From positions 1 to 48,943 of the forward strand of contig JASFKY010000001.1 in the NCBI GenBank assembly GCA_050118395.1: 48,943 nt of DNA, given 5' to 3'. A program made the translations under genes and the position numbers. The notes under the pieces are model-generated. The model was not told the DNA's origin and did not search any database. It saw only the letters and a program-made list of their open reading frames with translations. Positions within the stretch are counted from its first letter, which is position 1; each line of letters starts with the position of its first letter. Source of the stretch: Myxococcales bacterium (GTDB lineage: Bacteria; Myxococcota_A; Polyangia; Polyangiales; Houyiibacteriaceae). Positions 1-12,741 of this stretch are shown piece after piece.

Positions 1-684
1 CAGATGACGGATGCGGAGATCGTGGCCCAGGTGCTGCTCGGTAGGCGCGAGCTCGAACCCGAGCAGCGAATTCGCAACGTGGTTTTCATGGGGATGGGCG
101 AACCGCTTCACAACTACGAGGCGGTGGCGCGCACGCTGGTTCTGTTGACGCATCCGCAAGGTTTGGATCTGTCCAAGCGACGCGTCACCGTGTCGACGAG
201 CGGGCTGGTGCGCCAAATCGATCGACTGGGTGAGGATTTCGGAGGCCAAGTGCAGCTCGCGATTTCTCTTCATGCCGTCCGGGATGCCGACCGCAGTCAG
301 ATTATGCCGGTGAACCGCAAGCATGGGCTCCAACAGCTCACCAATGCATTGCGGCGCTACCCGCTTTCGAAGCGACAGCGCATCACGATCGAATACACGC
401 TGATTCAGGGTGTCAACGACTCAGTCCAAGACGCGATCGAGATGACCGAGCTGCTTCGGGGAATTCCCGTGAAGATCAACCTGATTCCGATGAATCCAAT
501 TTCGGGATCCGACCTGCGCGCGCCACAAGACAGTCACGTCACGCGTTTCCAAGACGAGCTCAGCCGACGTGGTTTCTCGGTGTTCATCCGAAAGACCCGA
601 GGAGACGACGTGGCGGCTGCATGCGGGCAGCTCGCCTTTCATGGCGAATCACGCCGCACGGCAGGTCACGCTCGGGGCGCGTGA
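1..684 (+). CDS. rlmN: 23S rRNA/tRNA m2A methyltransferase RlmN, radical SAM; C-terminal part, 5' end outside the window
   Basis: The frame is open from nt 1. Motifs NVVFMGMGEPL, VSTSG, LAISLHA, IEYTLIQGVND and INLIPMNP are typical of the RlmN/Cfr family. Confidence 0.88.
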   Translation, partial: QMTDAEIVAQVLLGRRELEPEQRIRNVVFMGMGEPLHNYEAVARTLVLLTHPQGLDLSKRRVTVSTSGLVRQIDRLGEDFGGQVQLAISLHAVRDADRSQIMPVNRKHGLQQLTNALRRYPLSKRQRITIEYTLIQGVNDSVQDAIEMTELLRGIPVKINLIPMNPISGSDLRAPQDSHVTRFQDELSRRGFSVFIRKTRGDDVAAACGQLAFHGESRRTAGHARGA

Positions 685-710
685 TCTGGAGCAGCGGCGC
701 GCTCGAACGC

Positions 711-1829
711 TCAAAGGCTCTGGCGAGCCTTTAGCGCCTTGACGATGTGAGGGAGCTCTTTGTCGACGTCTTCGGGCGTTTTGATCGGCTGAAAGCGCGC
801 GTCGGGGCCGTGTCGTTCGACGCGCAAAAACGCCGACTCGATGAAAGCCGTCAGCTCGCCGACGAGACGTTCGAACTGGATAGCGGGCCTTCCGTCGACG
901 GTCTTCTTCACCGCGAACCAGGTCAAAGGAAAATCGGTATCGATCGCTTCGGCGTCGAGGACGAACGTGTTGGTATTGAAGACGGGAATGCGCTCCTGAT
1001 CGAAGCCTTCGGGGAACCGGAACTCCTCGACGATCTGTGGTTTCCCATCGACACGAGCCGGTGCGCCGCCTTTGTCGCCCGGCTCTTTAGGCGCCATCTC
1101 CGCGGTGAGGGCAGCACCGGATTGCAGGTGTGCGCCGATGACCGCGGGATCGAGGGTCGCGGTGAGATTGTCGACGTTGGACATCATCAGGGTGCGGCCG
1201 CCTCCCTCGCGAAAGCGTTTCAGGATGCCCGAACGCCGCAGCGCGAACGTGAGGTCTCCGTGGCCCGGTGCATGCGGCGATAGAGCCCCCGAATCCTCCC
1301 GAAAGAGCTCGCCCTCCGGAGTGAGCCGTAGCGAAATGAACTGCGCAAAGGTCGTGATGGGGCATCTTTCGGTGCTCAGGGAGTCCGCCATTTCTCGAAT
1401 GATGTCGTCGGTTGCAAAGCTCGTCATGAGATACACGGGAATCGTCGCCCCGGCGCGTTCGGCCACCGAGGCGATGTCCTTGAGCTTCAAATCGAGGAAC
1501 GACTGCCCGTCGAGCACTTCGACGGCCGCTTTGACGACTCCGCCGAAGCGGGTCGCCATGCCTCCGGCCAAAATGACGGCTGCCACCTCGCCCCGACGCA
1601 TGGCTTGCTCGCCCCGTTCAGCGAGCGCTTGGCGGGTTTCGCCGCCCAGAGGAGGCAGCGCCCGCAGATCACCCTCATGGGGCGGCTCGACTTCGCCCCG
1701 GATTCGGTTTTGCGAAGCTCCAATTCGCCCCTCGATCAAGCGCGTTCTCAGCAAATCGAAGGGAATGTCGTCGAATCCGTACCTTTGAAGAAGCTGCGTC
1801 GTCTCTGCGTCTATGTCGTATGAGTCCAT
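711..1829 (-). CDS. UDPGP-family UTP--glucose-1-phosphate uridylyltransferase-like nucleotidyltransferase
   Basis: Has an ILAGGMATRFGG nucleotide-binding loop and UDPGP-like length and layout, with high GC3. The ORF track starts at a TTG (1841); the first ATG (MDSYDID...) is at 1829. Confidence 0.65.
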   Translation of the reverse strand: MDSYDIDAETTQLLQRYGFDDIPFDLLRTRLIEGRIGASQNRIRGEVEPPHEGDLRALPPLGGETRQALAERGEQAMRRGEVAAVILAGGMATRFGGVVKAAVEVLDGQSFLDLKLKDIASVAERAGATIPVYLMTSFATDDIIREMADSLSTERCPITTFAQFISLRLTPEGELFREDSGALSPHAPGHGDLTFALRRSGILKRFREGGGRTLMMSNVDNLTATLDPAVIGAHLQSGAALTAEMAPKEPGDKGGAPARVDGKPQIVEEFRFPEGFDQERIPVFNTNTFVLDAEAIDTDFPLTWFAVKKTVDGRPAIQFERLVGELTAFIESAFLRVERHGPDARFQPIKTPEDVDKELPHIVKALKARQSL

Positions 1830-1942
1830 TCGAGCTGCCAAAACCCAAGCACTTTCCAGACTCCCTGTCGAGCGGGCCGCGCCTGCTCCCCATTGGGGGG
1901 GTGACGGAAGCCGCGGCGGGGCGTAGAGATCAGGGAGGCATC

Positions 1943-3262
1943 ATGAATCGTCCAACTCGCCACGTGGCATGGTTCGTGTCGCTGCTGGCGGCGGCCGTGA
2001 GCGCGTCTGCCAGCGCCGACTACGGTGGCGCCGATGGCTATGGCCACAGCGCGCCCTCGGCCATCGACGGCTCGCAAGATGGGTACGTGCCGGACACGCC
2101 GGTGGAGGACCCCGACGAGCTCACCAACTACGTGATCATCGAGCCCGAGGACGGCACGACGGAGCAGGTCGACGGCCAAACCGTCATCGTCGTCCAAGAG
2201 CCGGAGCCGGTCGCGGTTACTGCCGAGGCGCCACCCGCGCCCAGAGCCGTCGCCGTCGCGCCCTCGATCGTGGCGTGCCCGAACGGAATCTGGGTCGATG
2301 GCTATTGGGGCTATGCGAATGGGCAGTATGTGTGGGTCGACGGACACTGCGTGGTGGAGCGCGTGAACTACGTTTTCGTGCAGCCCCGATGGGACTTCTA
2401 CGCCAACGTGTGGTGGTTCGTTCCCGGCTACTACCGACCATGCGGTGCGTACGTCGGCTTTGGTTATTACCGGCCGTGGCAGTGGTACCCACCTTACTAT
2501 CATTCGTACTACCGCACGCGCTATCCGGTTCCCGTCTATCGGAACGGTCCCCACCGGCGGACCACGGTGCAGCCGGCGCCGGCTCGCCGCCGGACGTACG
2601 TGGCCCCCGCCGCGCGTCCGGGTCGTGTGACGACGACGCGGATCGGTTCCTCTCCGACTCGGTCTGCGACCGTGATTCGTAGGCCGACGGCAAGCCCCAT
2701 TCGCACGGGGAGCGTTCGTAGTGTGCGTGGATCCCCGAGTCGGACCAGCACCGTGGTGCGCACGCCGGGCCGCAGCGGCGTGGGGCCGGTCGCGGTGGGC
2801 CGGCCGGCGGTGCGGCCTTCAGCGAGCCGAACGCCGCCGGTGGTTCGAGCTTCACCCACACGGACGGCGCCCACACGCACGGCTCCCACGGTACGGCCCT
2901 CGGTGACACGGACCGGTCCGGTGGTGCGGCCCGCAAACGGGCCGACCCGCACGAACGCCGCTCCGCGGGGGGGAAGCCCCCCAAGTGCCATCGTCACTCA
3001 GCCCCGACGAATCAGCCCTGCGCGAACGGGCACGGTGCCGCGCGCGGCGACACCGAGCGCGCGCAGCCGTGGTTGGACGGCTCCGTCCGGCTCCAGCCGT
3101 ATCGGGACCGTCGGACGCCCCACCGCAGCGCCCTCCAGGGGAAGCAACTTCGGGCGCTCGGGTTCGAGCAGCTGGGGCGGCGGTCGCAGCAGGGGGTTCA
3201 GCGGCCCCTCTTCACGCGGTTTTGGCGGGGCTCGGAGCGTGCCCACCGCCCGCGGTCGATGA
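1943..3262 (+). CDS. Secreted protein with a WxxGxW/YVWVDGHW-type aromatic motif region and a long Arg/Thr/Pro/Ser-rich polycationic C-terminal tail
   Basis: ATG at 1943 is preceded by GGGAGG. The signal peptide is MNRPTRHVAWFVSLLAAAVSASASA. The motif is GIWVDGYWGYANGQYVWVDGHCV. GC3 bias persists through the low-complexity tail. Confidence 0.6.
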   Translation: MNRPTRHVAWFVSLLAAAVSASASADYGGADGYGHSAPSAIDGSQDGYVPDTPVEDPDELTNYVIIEPEDGTTEQVDGQTVIVVQEPEPVAVTAEAPPAPRAVAVAPSIVACPNGIWVDGYWGYANGQYVWVDGHCVVERVNYVFVQPRWDFYANVWWFVPGYYRPCGAYVGFGYYRPWQWYPPYYHSYYRTRYPVPVYRNGPHRRTTVQPAPARRRTYVAPAARPGRVTTTRIGSSPTRSATVIRRPTASPIRTGSVRSVRGSPSRTSTVVRTPGRSGVGPVAVGRPAVRPSASRTPPVVRASPTRTAPTRTAPTVRPSVTRTGPVVRPANGPTRTNAAPRGGSPPSAIVTQPRRISPARTGTVPRAATPSARSRGWTAPSGSSRIGTVGRPTAAPSRGSNFGRSGSSSWGGGRSRGFSGPSSRGFGGARSVPTARGR

Positions 3263-3351
3263 AGAGCCCCGGGGCTGTCGACTCTTTGCTCTAGCCAAGG
3301 CGCAATGCAACGCTACATAAGGGGTAGTTTATCCAGCCCCACCGAGTCGTT

Positions 3352-4967
3352 GTGCGCCGCCGCTATCGAGAGCCAGTCGTCATTGCCTTCACGCTCGCGT
3401 TGATCGCGTCGCTGATGGTCCATCTGCCCGTTTACGAGGTACTCGGCGATCTCGCCGATCGGCTCCGCGCGGCCGCCGAGGAGGCCAGGAAGAACGAACA
3501 GTACAAACCCGTCGAGGTCAACTTCGAGGTGGCGCAAGGCGACAAGTCGGAGCGCGCACGCAAGAGCCCCAAGGAGCGTCAAAAGGCGGCGCCACAGGCG
3601 CGCCAGAAGGTGGCCCAGGCAGTTCCGGCGCCTGAGCAGCAGGCTCAGCAACGCCAAGAGCGGCCGCAGCAACCGCCCATCGAAGCGCCGCAAGCAGTAC
3701 AGCAGCACAGCACGAATCCAGATGTCGAGAGGCCGCAGAATGCGCGGTTCATCGCCGAGGAAAACAACCAAGTCGAGGAAGAAACCGTGGCCCGGGTCCG
3801 CAACATGGTGCGCGACGACGCGGTGCCTTCCGTCGGGCGACAGCAAAAGCCCTCCGACACGCTCCAAGAGCAGGGCAATTCCAACGAGCAGAACATCGCC
3901 GAGATGCGCAACAAGCAAGGGAGCGATGCTCGCAAGGCCACCGAAGCAGAGGCCCAGCGTCAGCGTCCCGACAAGGCGATCAAAGCGGACCCGATCAAAG
4001 CAGAGCGTGTCACGAGCCAAGCGCCCGATGGAAGGCGCGCCGATACGTCAGGCGACCGGGCCAGCCAACAGGCCGAGGACATGATCACGATCACCGATCC
4101 CGCCGGTACATTCAGCATTCGGCGTCCGAGCGGAGCGAGCCAGGGTGGTGGACAGCGGGCGATGGGACGGGGCCCCGGCGGCCAGATCGCGTGGTCTCAG
4201 TTCGAAGCGGCGGTAGGCTCCGACGAGCTCGAGCAGGATCGACGCGCGTACATCGCCGAGCAGAAATCCTCCCAAAGCGGCATCTCCCGCGAAAAGACTT
4301 GGAACGAGTTCCGCGCCGCCATCGAAAACTACGTGCCAGGGGTCAAGCCCGGCGCGGCGACGGCGCTCAATGCCGCGGCCTCGCCGTTTGCCGCCTACAT
4401 TGCGGCCGTCCATCGGCGGATTCACCGAGAGTTCGCCGACAACTTTTTGCGAAGCTTGCCGATCGGGGGCAGCCCTTATCAAGACCCGACCCTGATGACC
4501 AAGCTCGAGATCGTGCTCAACCGCGACGGCTCCGTGTATCGCGTGGGTGTGGTCCGATCCAGCGGGTTACTGCCGTTCGACTTCGGGGCGTTCAACTCCG
4601 TGCTTCGCGCCCAACCGTATCCACCGGCGCCCTCCTCGATTTTGAGCGGCGATGGTCGCGTGTACTTCCACTGGGGCTTTTGGCGAAACCAGCGTCAGTG
4701 CGGCACCTTCAACGCCGAGCCTTACATCCTTCCCAATCCCCGAGGCACACCGGGCCGGCGGAAAGGTCTGACCGACGAGCCCGATTGGGACACCGTCGTT
4801 CCGGCCGATGCGCGACCGACCTGGCAGCCCCCGGATCAAGGCTCCAAAGACGATGAGGATCGGCGGCCTTCGAAACGGCCGCCGGCCAAGTCTCCCCCGG
4901 CTCGGCCGAAGGAGCAGGAAAAAGACAGGCCCGAGGTGCCTCCGGCGCCTCCCGGCGCCAAGTTGGG

Positions 4968-4971
<4 letters not shown>
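3352..4971 (+). CDS. TonB C-terminal-domain-like membrane protein with a long charged linker
   Basis: GTG start. It has an N-terminal TM helix (VVIAFTLALIASLMVHLPVY), a K/E/Q/R-rich region, and a C-terminal segment LEIVLNRDGSVYRVGVVRSSGLLPFDFGAFNSVLRAQPYPPAP that resembles the TonB_C fold. The tail is Pro-rich. Confidence 0.6.
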
Positions 4972-8530
<3,559 letters not shown>

Positions 8531-8614
8531 GAGCGCGTGCTAACCGCAGCGAAACGGCCCGCGGTCGCACGTTCGGGGCGAAACGATCGCCGGCGCAGGG
8601 GAGGTAGGCGGCCG

Positions 8615-10864
8615 ATGCGATTGTTCCTGGGGGTGACGTTGATCCTTTCGCTGATGGCGTCTTGTAGCCGCCTCGGCGGCTCCAAACCCGATCCTTTTGC
8701 CGGTCTCGAAACGCACGCCGACCTCATGGCGCTTCGCCATCTTGCCGACGTGCGCGACGGCGGTTGGCTCATCGATTTCGGAACTCCTGCGCAAGCGAAG
8801 TACACCGTGGGCGACTGGCGCAGCGGATGGGTGGGCAGGGGATTCGAGGGCGATACGACGTACGCGTACGTCGGAATGAGGGGCCGAGTCTACTTCCAAG
8901 CCGATCGCTCCGAGGCGCTGATCGCCCGCGTTCGTCTGCGTCCTCATGGCACACAAGCGCTCACGCCCTATCTCAACAATCAGCAGCTCAAGTCGCTTCA
9001 CCTGGGTCACCCGGGCGCCTTTGCGGACTACGACATCACCCTTCCCAAAGAGCAGGTGCGCGCCGGCGAAAACTACCTGCTTCTCACGTTCGGCGGCACG
9101 GTGCCCATCGACGGACAGGACGTTTCGGTGGCGGTCGACTCCATTTGGATCCGAAACGCAGACGAAGCGGAGCCAACCGAGCGGGTGCCTGCTTACGACA
9201 CGTTGGCGGCTACCGTGCGTTTGGGCGAGGAGGAGCGTCAAGCGCTCGCTCTGTCGCGGGAGTCCACGATTCGTTACCACGTGTGGGTTCCTCCAAACGG
9301 GCTCCTCGGAGTGGGCGTGGGCGTGGAAGGCGAGGGGGAATCGCCGTTCGTCATCGAGGCGGCCGCGGACGGCGAAGGGACGACCCAGGTGCTTTCCGGA
9401 ACCGCCACCGGCCGATGGGTGGATTACAAAGCCGATCTGAGCCAGTTCGCGGGGAGAACCGTGCGCCTCGACCTGCGCGGGCAAGGCCGTGGCCCGGGAC
9501 GCTTGGCGTGGAGCGCGCCTCGAATCTTCGTACCCGCGGCTCCCGAGCAAAAACTGGAGCCGGCCCAGAACGTCGTGGTCTTGGTCGTCGATACGCTGCG
9601 TGCGGACAAGCTGCGTCCGTTCAACCCCGAGACTCGCGTCCGGACACCCGCGATCGACCGCTTCGCGACGCAAGGTGCCGTGTTCGAGTTGGCCGAGGCC
9701 CCGGAGAACTGGACCAAACCCTCGGTGGCCTCGATCCTCACCGGCCTTCACCCTCAGACCCATCAGCAAAAGACCGGTGACTCCGCTTTGCCTGGTTCGG
9801 CGGTATTGCTGAGCGAGCATCTCAAGGAGCAAGGGTTCACCACCGGTGGCTTCATCGCGAATGGTTACGTGTCCGACCGTTTCGGATTCGATCAGGGATG
9901 GGATCGATACACCAACTATATCCGCGAGGGCAAAAGCACCGAGGCAAAAGACGTGTTCGACGAGGCAGCGGCTTGGATCGAGGCGCACAAGGACGAGCGC
10001 TTCTTCGCATACATCCAGACCATCGACCCTCACGTTCCCTACGACCCTCCGGATCCCTACTTGACGATGTACGACCCAAAGCCGTACACGGGGCAGATCA
10101 AACCCAGAATGACCGGAGACCTACTCGAGAAGGCCAAGCGCAAGCCGCCGCTGGTCGTGTTCGACGCGAGGGACCAGGAACGACTGAAGGCGCTTCACGA
10201 TGGAGAGATCACGAAGCACGATCATTTCTTCGGTGGCTTTTTGGATCGCTTGGCTGCCCTCGGCTTGGACGAGAACACGTTGGTGGTCGTCACGGCCGAC
10301 CACGGCGAGGAGTTCAACGATCACGGGTCTTGGGGTCACGGGCATTCGGTGTACCAAGAGTTGCTGCATGTGCCGTTGATGTTTCGACTCCCCAATCGCG
10401 TTCCCGCAAGGACGAGGGTTCCGTATGCCGTCAGCACGTTGGACGTCTCCGCGACCGTCACCGATCTGCTCGGTGTTCCGCCCATGTCTCAAAACGAAGG
10501 GCATACCTTGGTCGGCTTGATGCTCGGACAGATGCCGCGCAGACCCTTGGTCGCGTTCAGTGACTTTCAAGATGATCGCCGCGTGGTCACCACCGGTCGA
10601 TGGAAGCTCGTTCTTCGCGGCAACCTCACGTCCAGCCTGTTCGACCTGGCCCACGATCCCATGGAGCGCCAGGAGCTCGATGGGGCCTCTTTCCCCATCG
10701 GCCAGCGTTACGCGCGGATTTTGCTCGGGCAGTTCTTGGGCGCGACCGATCGGGCCGACTGGTTGAGCGCGGAGCAGAAGGGCGGTACACAGCTCGAGCG
10801 GGAAAACGCCCCGATGGACGACACGATTCGCGAGCAGCTCCGCGCGCTCGGCTACGCGCATTGA
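8615..10864 (+). CDS. Sulfatase-like (alkaline-phosphatase superfamily) hydrolase/transferase lipoprotein with a ~320 aa N-terminal domain of unknown function
   Basis: ATG at 8615 follows GGGGAGG. The signal and lipobox-like sequence is MRLFLGVTLILSLMASC. The metal-site motif is VVVLVVDTLRADKL. The nucleophile position reads ENWTKPSVASILTG (Thr, not Cys/Ser-x-P-x-R). TADHGEE and GHGHS motifs lie downstream. Confidence 0.75.
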   Translation: MRLFLGVTLILSLMASCSRLGGSKPDPFAGLETHADLMALRHLADVRDGGWLIDFGTPAQAKYTVGDWRSGWVGRGFEGDTTYAYVGMRGRVYFQADRSEALIARVRLRPHGTQALTPYLNNQQLKSLHLGHPGAFADYDITLPKEQVRAGENYLLLTFGGTVPIDGQDVSVAVDSIWIRNADEAEPTERVPAYDTLAATVRLGEEERQALALSRESTIRYHVWVPPNGLLGVGVGVEGEGESPFVIEAAADGEGTTQVLSGTATGRWVDYKADLSQFAGRTVRLDLRGQGRGPGRLAWSAPRIFVPAAPEQKLEPAQNVVVLVVDTLRADKLRPFNPETRVRTPAIDRFATQGAVFELAEAPENWTKPSVASILTGLHPQTHQQKTGDSALPGSAVLLSEHLKEQGFTTGGFIANGYVSDRFGFDQGWDRYTNYIREGKSTEAKDVFDEAAAWIEAHKDERFFAYIQTIDPHVPYDPPDPYLTMYDPKPYTGQIKPRMTGDLLEKAKRKPPLVVFDARDQERLKALHDGEITKHDHFFGGFLDRLAALGLDENTLVVVTADHGEEFNDHGSWGHGHSVYQELLHVPLMFRLPNRVPARTRVPYAVSTLDVSATVTDLLGVPPMSQNEGHTLVGLMLGQMPRRPLVAFSDFQDDRRVVTTGRWKLVLRGNLTSSLFDLAHDPMERQELDGASFPIGQRYARILLGQFLGATDRADWLSAEQKGGTQLERENAPMDDTIREQLRALGYAH

Positions 10865-10869
10865 GACCG

Positions 10870-12741
10870 ATGCTTCTCATCGAACAGACCCGAGAGCGAT
10901 ATCTGAGAAGTCCGAGGTTGGAGGCGATAGACGACAGCGGCGCGCTCTTGCACGTGTTGGCCTGGTCCGGTGAGCAAGAGTACGTGCTCCGATTTCACCT
11001 CGGTCGCGACGGAAGCCTGCAAGGCGAGCCCATCGCGACCGACCACTCCGAGGCCATCATGGGCTGGGCTCCCGACGCGCCTCGGCCGAGCAACGATCCG
11101 AATGCCGAGCTCAGAGCGGAAAGCCAAGGCTGGTGGGTGGAAGCGCGTTACGCGGGTCCGCATTCCAGCATCGTGGTGACGGCGCCTTCAGGTGGCGAGT
11201 TCTTGGTATGGAAGGCGTGTGGTATCGCGGCGGCTCCCTGTATCGCGGCGGCGCCAGGCGGCGCGTGGGTGGCATTTCATCACGACGTCCGCGAGGATAC
11301 GGGGGCGGCCGACGTCTCCAAATGGATCGCCCTTCGCTTCGTCGACATGGAGGGCAAGGTCTTCGAGCCTGCGGGGCCGATGACGGGCCGCAACCGCGAC
11401 CTCGATGGCGAGGAGCAGGGGTTCGAGTTTCCCGCCCTGGTGGTCGGTGACGATGGCGCGGTCGACCTCTTCGGACGAGGCTCCCACAATTTTTATCGAC
11501 AGCGTCTCAACGCAAGTGGATTTGGGGATCGAGAGCCCATCGACGATGGACAGTGGGGTTGTCGCGGCCGTCGGATCAGTGCGGTCCGTCTCGCAGAGGG
11601 AGGCGTTCTCACCGCACGGCGCGGTCGCAAGGGCATCCAAGTGCAGGCGTTCGATGCGCCCACCGGTGGCGCGCCAGAGTTGGTGCGCGTAGCCGCCGAG
11701 CTTGCCGACCAAAGGGCCAAGGCCTCGCACGGGCCCACCTGGTCGGGTCCCCAGGTTTTGTTCGGCGACATTCAGCAACACAGCGCGCATTCCGATGGTG
11801 TGGGGAGCGCGGACGAGGCGTATTTGCGCGGTCGATATCGCTATGGAGACGATTTTGCCGCATTGACCGACCACGAATCGTTTCTCGGAAAACGCATCGG
11901 ACCGGGCGAATGGTCCTACTTGCAAACCATCGCCGAGCGTCACGATGATCCCGGAGAGTTCGCCACCATCGTCGCATACGAGTGGACCGGTAAGGCGTAT
12001 CCGGGCCCCGGGCACAAATGCATCTATCTGCCCGGTCCGGGCTTTCCGATCATCTCTCGCGACGACGTGCCGCACGGGCGCGACATCGTCGCCCGCATCG
12101 CCGCCCAAGGGGCGTTCACCGGGCCTCACCACATCGGCTGGACGGGCGCCGACGTGGAAGGTCACGATCCGAATGGGCAGCCTGTGTGGGAGATCTGCTC
12201 GTGCCATGGCTGCTACGAGCATCCCGACCATCCACTCGGTTACCGCGGCGACCTCGTCGATCAATTTGCCAAGCCCTTGCTCGATCGCGGGTTGCGGTTC
12301 GGTTTCATCGCCAACTCCGACAGCCATGGTCTGCTTTGGCATCACGGCGAGTGCCGCAAGCGCGATCCGTTTCGCACGGGTCTGACCGCGGTGCTGAGCG
12401 CAAGCCGCACACGAGAAGCGATCCTCGAAGCCATCCGGGGTCGACGATGCTACGCCACCAGCGGCGCCAAGATTTTGCTCGAAGTCGACGTGGCTGGGTT
12501 CCCCATGGGGAGCGAGCTCGACATCGAGGGGCCGGTCGATGTGCATGTCCGTGCTTTGGGGACGACGGACATCGCGCGCGTCGAGCTGATGACGCCGCAA
12601 GGGGTAGCAGCCGCGGACGAGCCCGGCTCTCCGTCGGTTTCCTTCGTCGGCGAGGTCGACGCGGACTACGTGTATTGCCGAGTGACCCAAGCCGATGGCG
12701 AGATGGCTTGGTCGAGTCCCATCTTTTTCAATCGATCCTAG
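10870..12741 (+). CDS. PHP-superfamily metallohydrolase (DUF3604/CehA-like) with a ~370 aa N-terminal beta-rich domain
   Basis: Motifs are FGDIQQHSAHSDG, ALTDHESF, YEWTG, GPHHIGW, NSDSHG, TREAILEAIRGRRCYATSG and a terminal YVYCRVTQADGEMAWSSPIFF. The start lies 5 nt after the upstream gene's stop. Confidence 0.62.
   Translation: MLLIEQTRERYLRSPRLEAIDDSGALLHVLAWSGEQEYVLRFHLGRDGSLQGEPIATDHSEAIMGWAPDAPRPSNDPNAELRAESQGWWVEARYAGPHSSIVVTAPSGGEFLVWKACGIAAAPCIAAAPGGAWVAFHHDVREDTGAADVSKWIALRFVDMEGKVFEPAGPMTGRNRDLDGEEQGFEFPALVVGDDGAVDLFGRGSHNFYRQRLNASGFGDREPIDDGQWGCRGRRISAVRLAEGGVLTARRGRKGIQVQAFDAPTGGAPELVRVAAELADQRAKASHGPTWSGPQVLFGDIQQHSAHSDGVGSADEAYLRGRYRYGDDFAALTDHESFLGKRIGPGEWSYLQTIAERHDDPGEFATIVAYEWTGKAYPGPGHKCIYLPGPGFPIISRDDVPHGRDIVARIAAQGAFTGPHHIGWTGADVEGHDPNGQPVWEICSCHGCYEHPDHPLGYRGDLVDQFAKPLLDRGLRFGFIANSDSHGLLWHHGECRKRDPFRTGLTAVLSASRTREAILEAIRGRRCYATSGAKILLEVDVAGFPMGSELDIEGPVDVHVRALGTTDIARVELMTPQGVAAADEPGSPSVSFVGEVDADYVYCRVTQADGEMAWSSPIFFNRS

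Noticed and set aside
3263-3275. Palindrome agccccggggct after the polycationic-protein gene as an intrinsic terminator
   Set aside because: The stem would be only ~4-5 bp once a loop is allowed, and no T-run follows. The evidence is too weak to call.
8615-10864. Annotation as a genuine arylsulfatase
   Set aside because: The formylglycine-generating motif C/S-x-P-x-R is replaced by T-K-P-S-V, and no anaerobic sulfatase-maturase or FGE gene is nearby. I therefore kept it as a sulfatase-fold hydrolase/transferase only.
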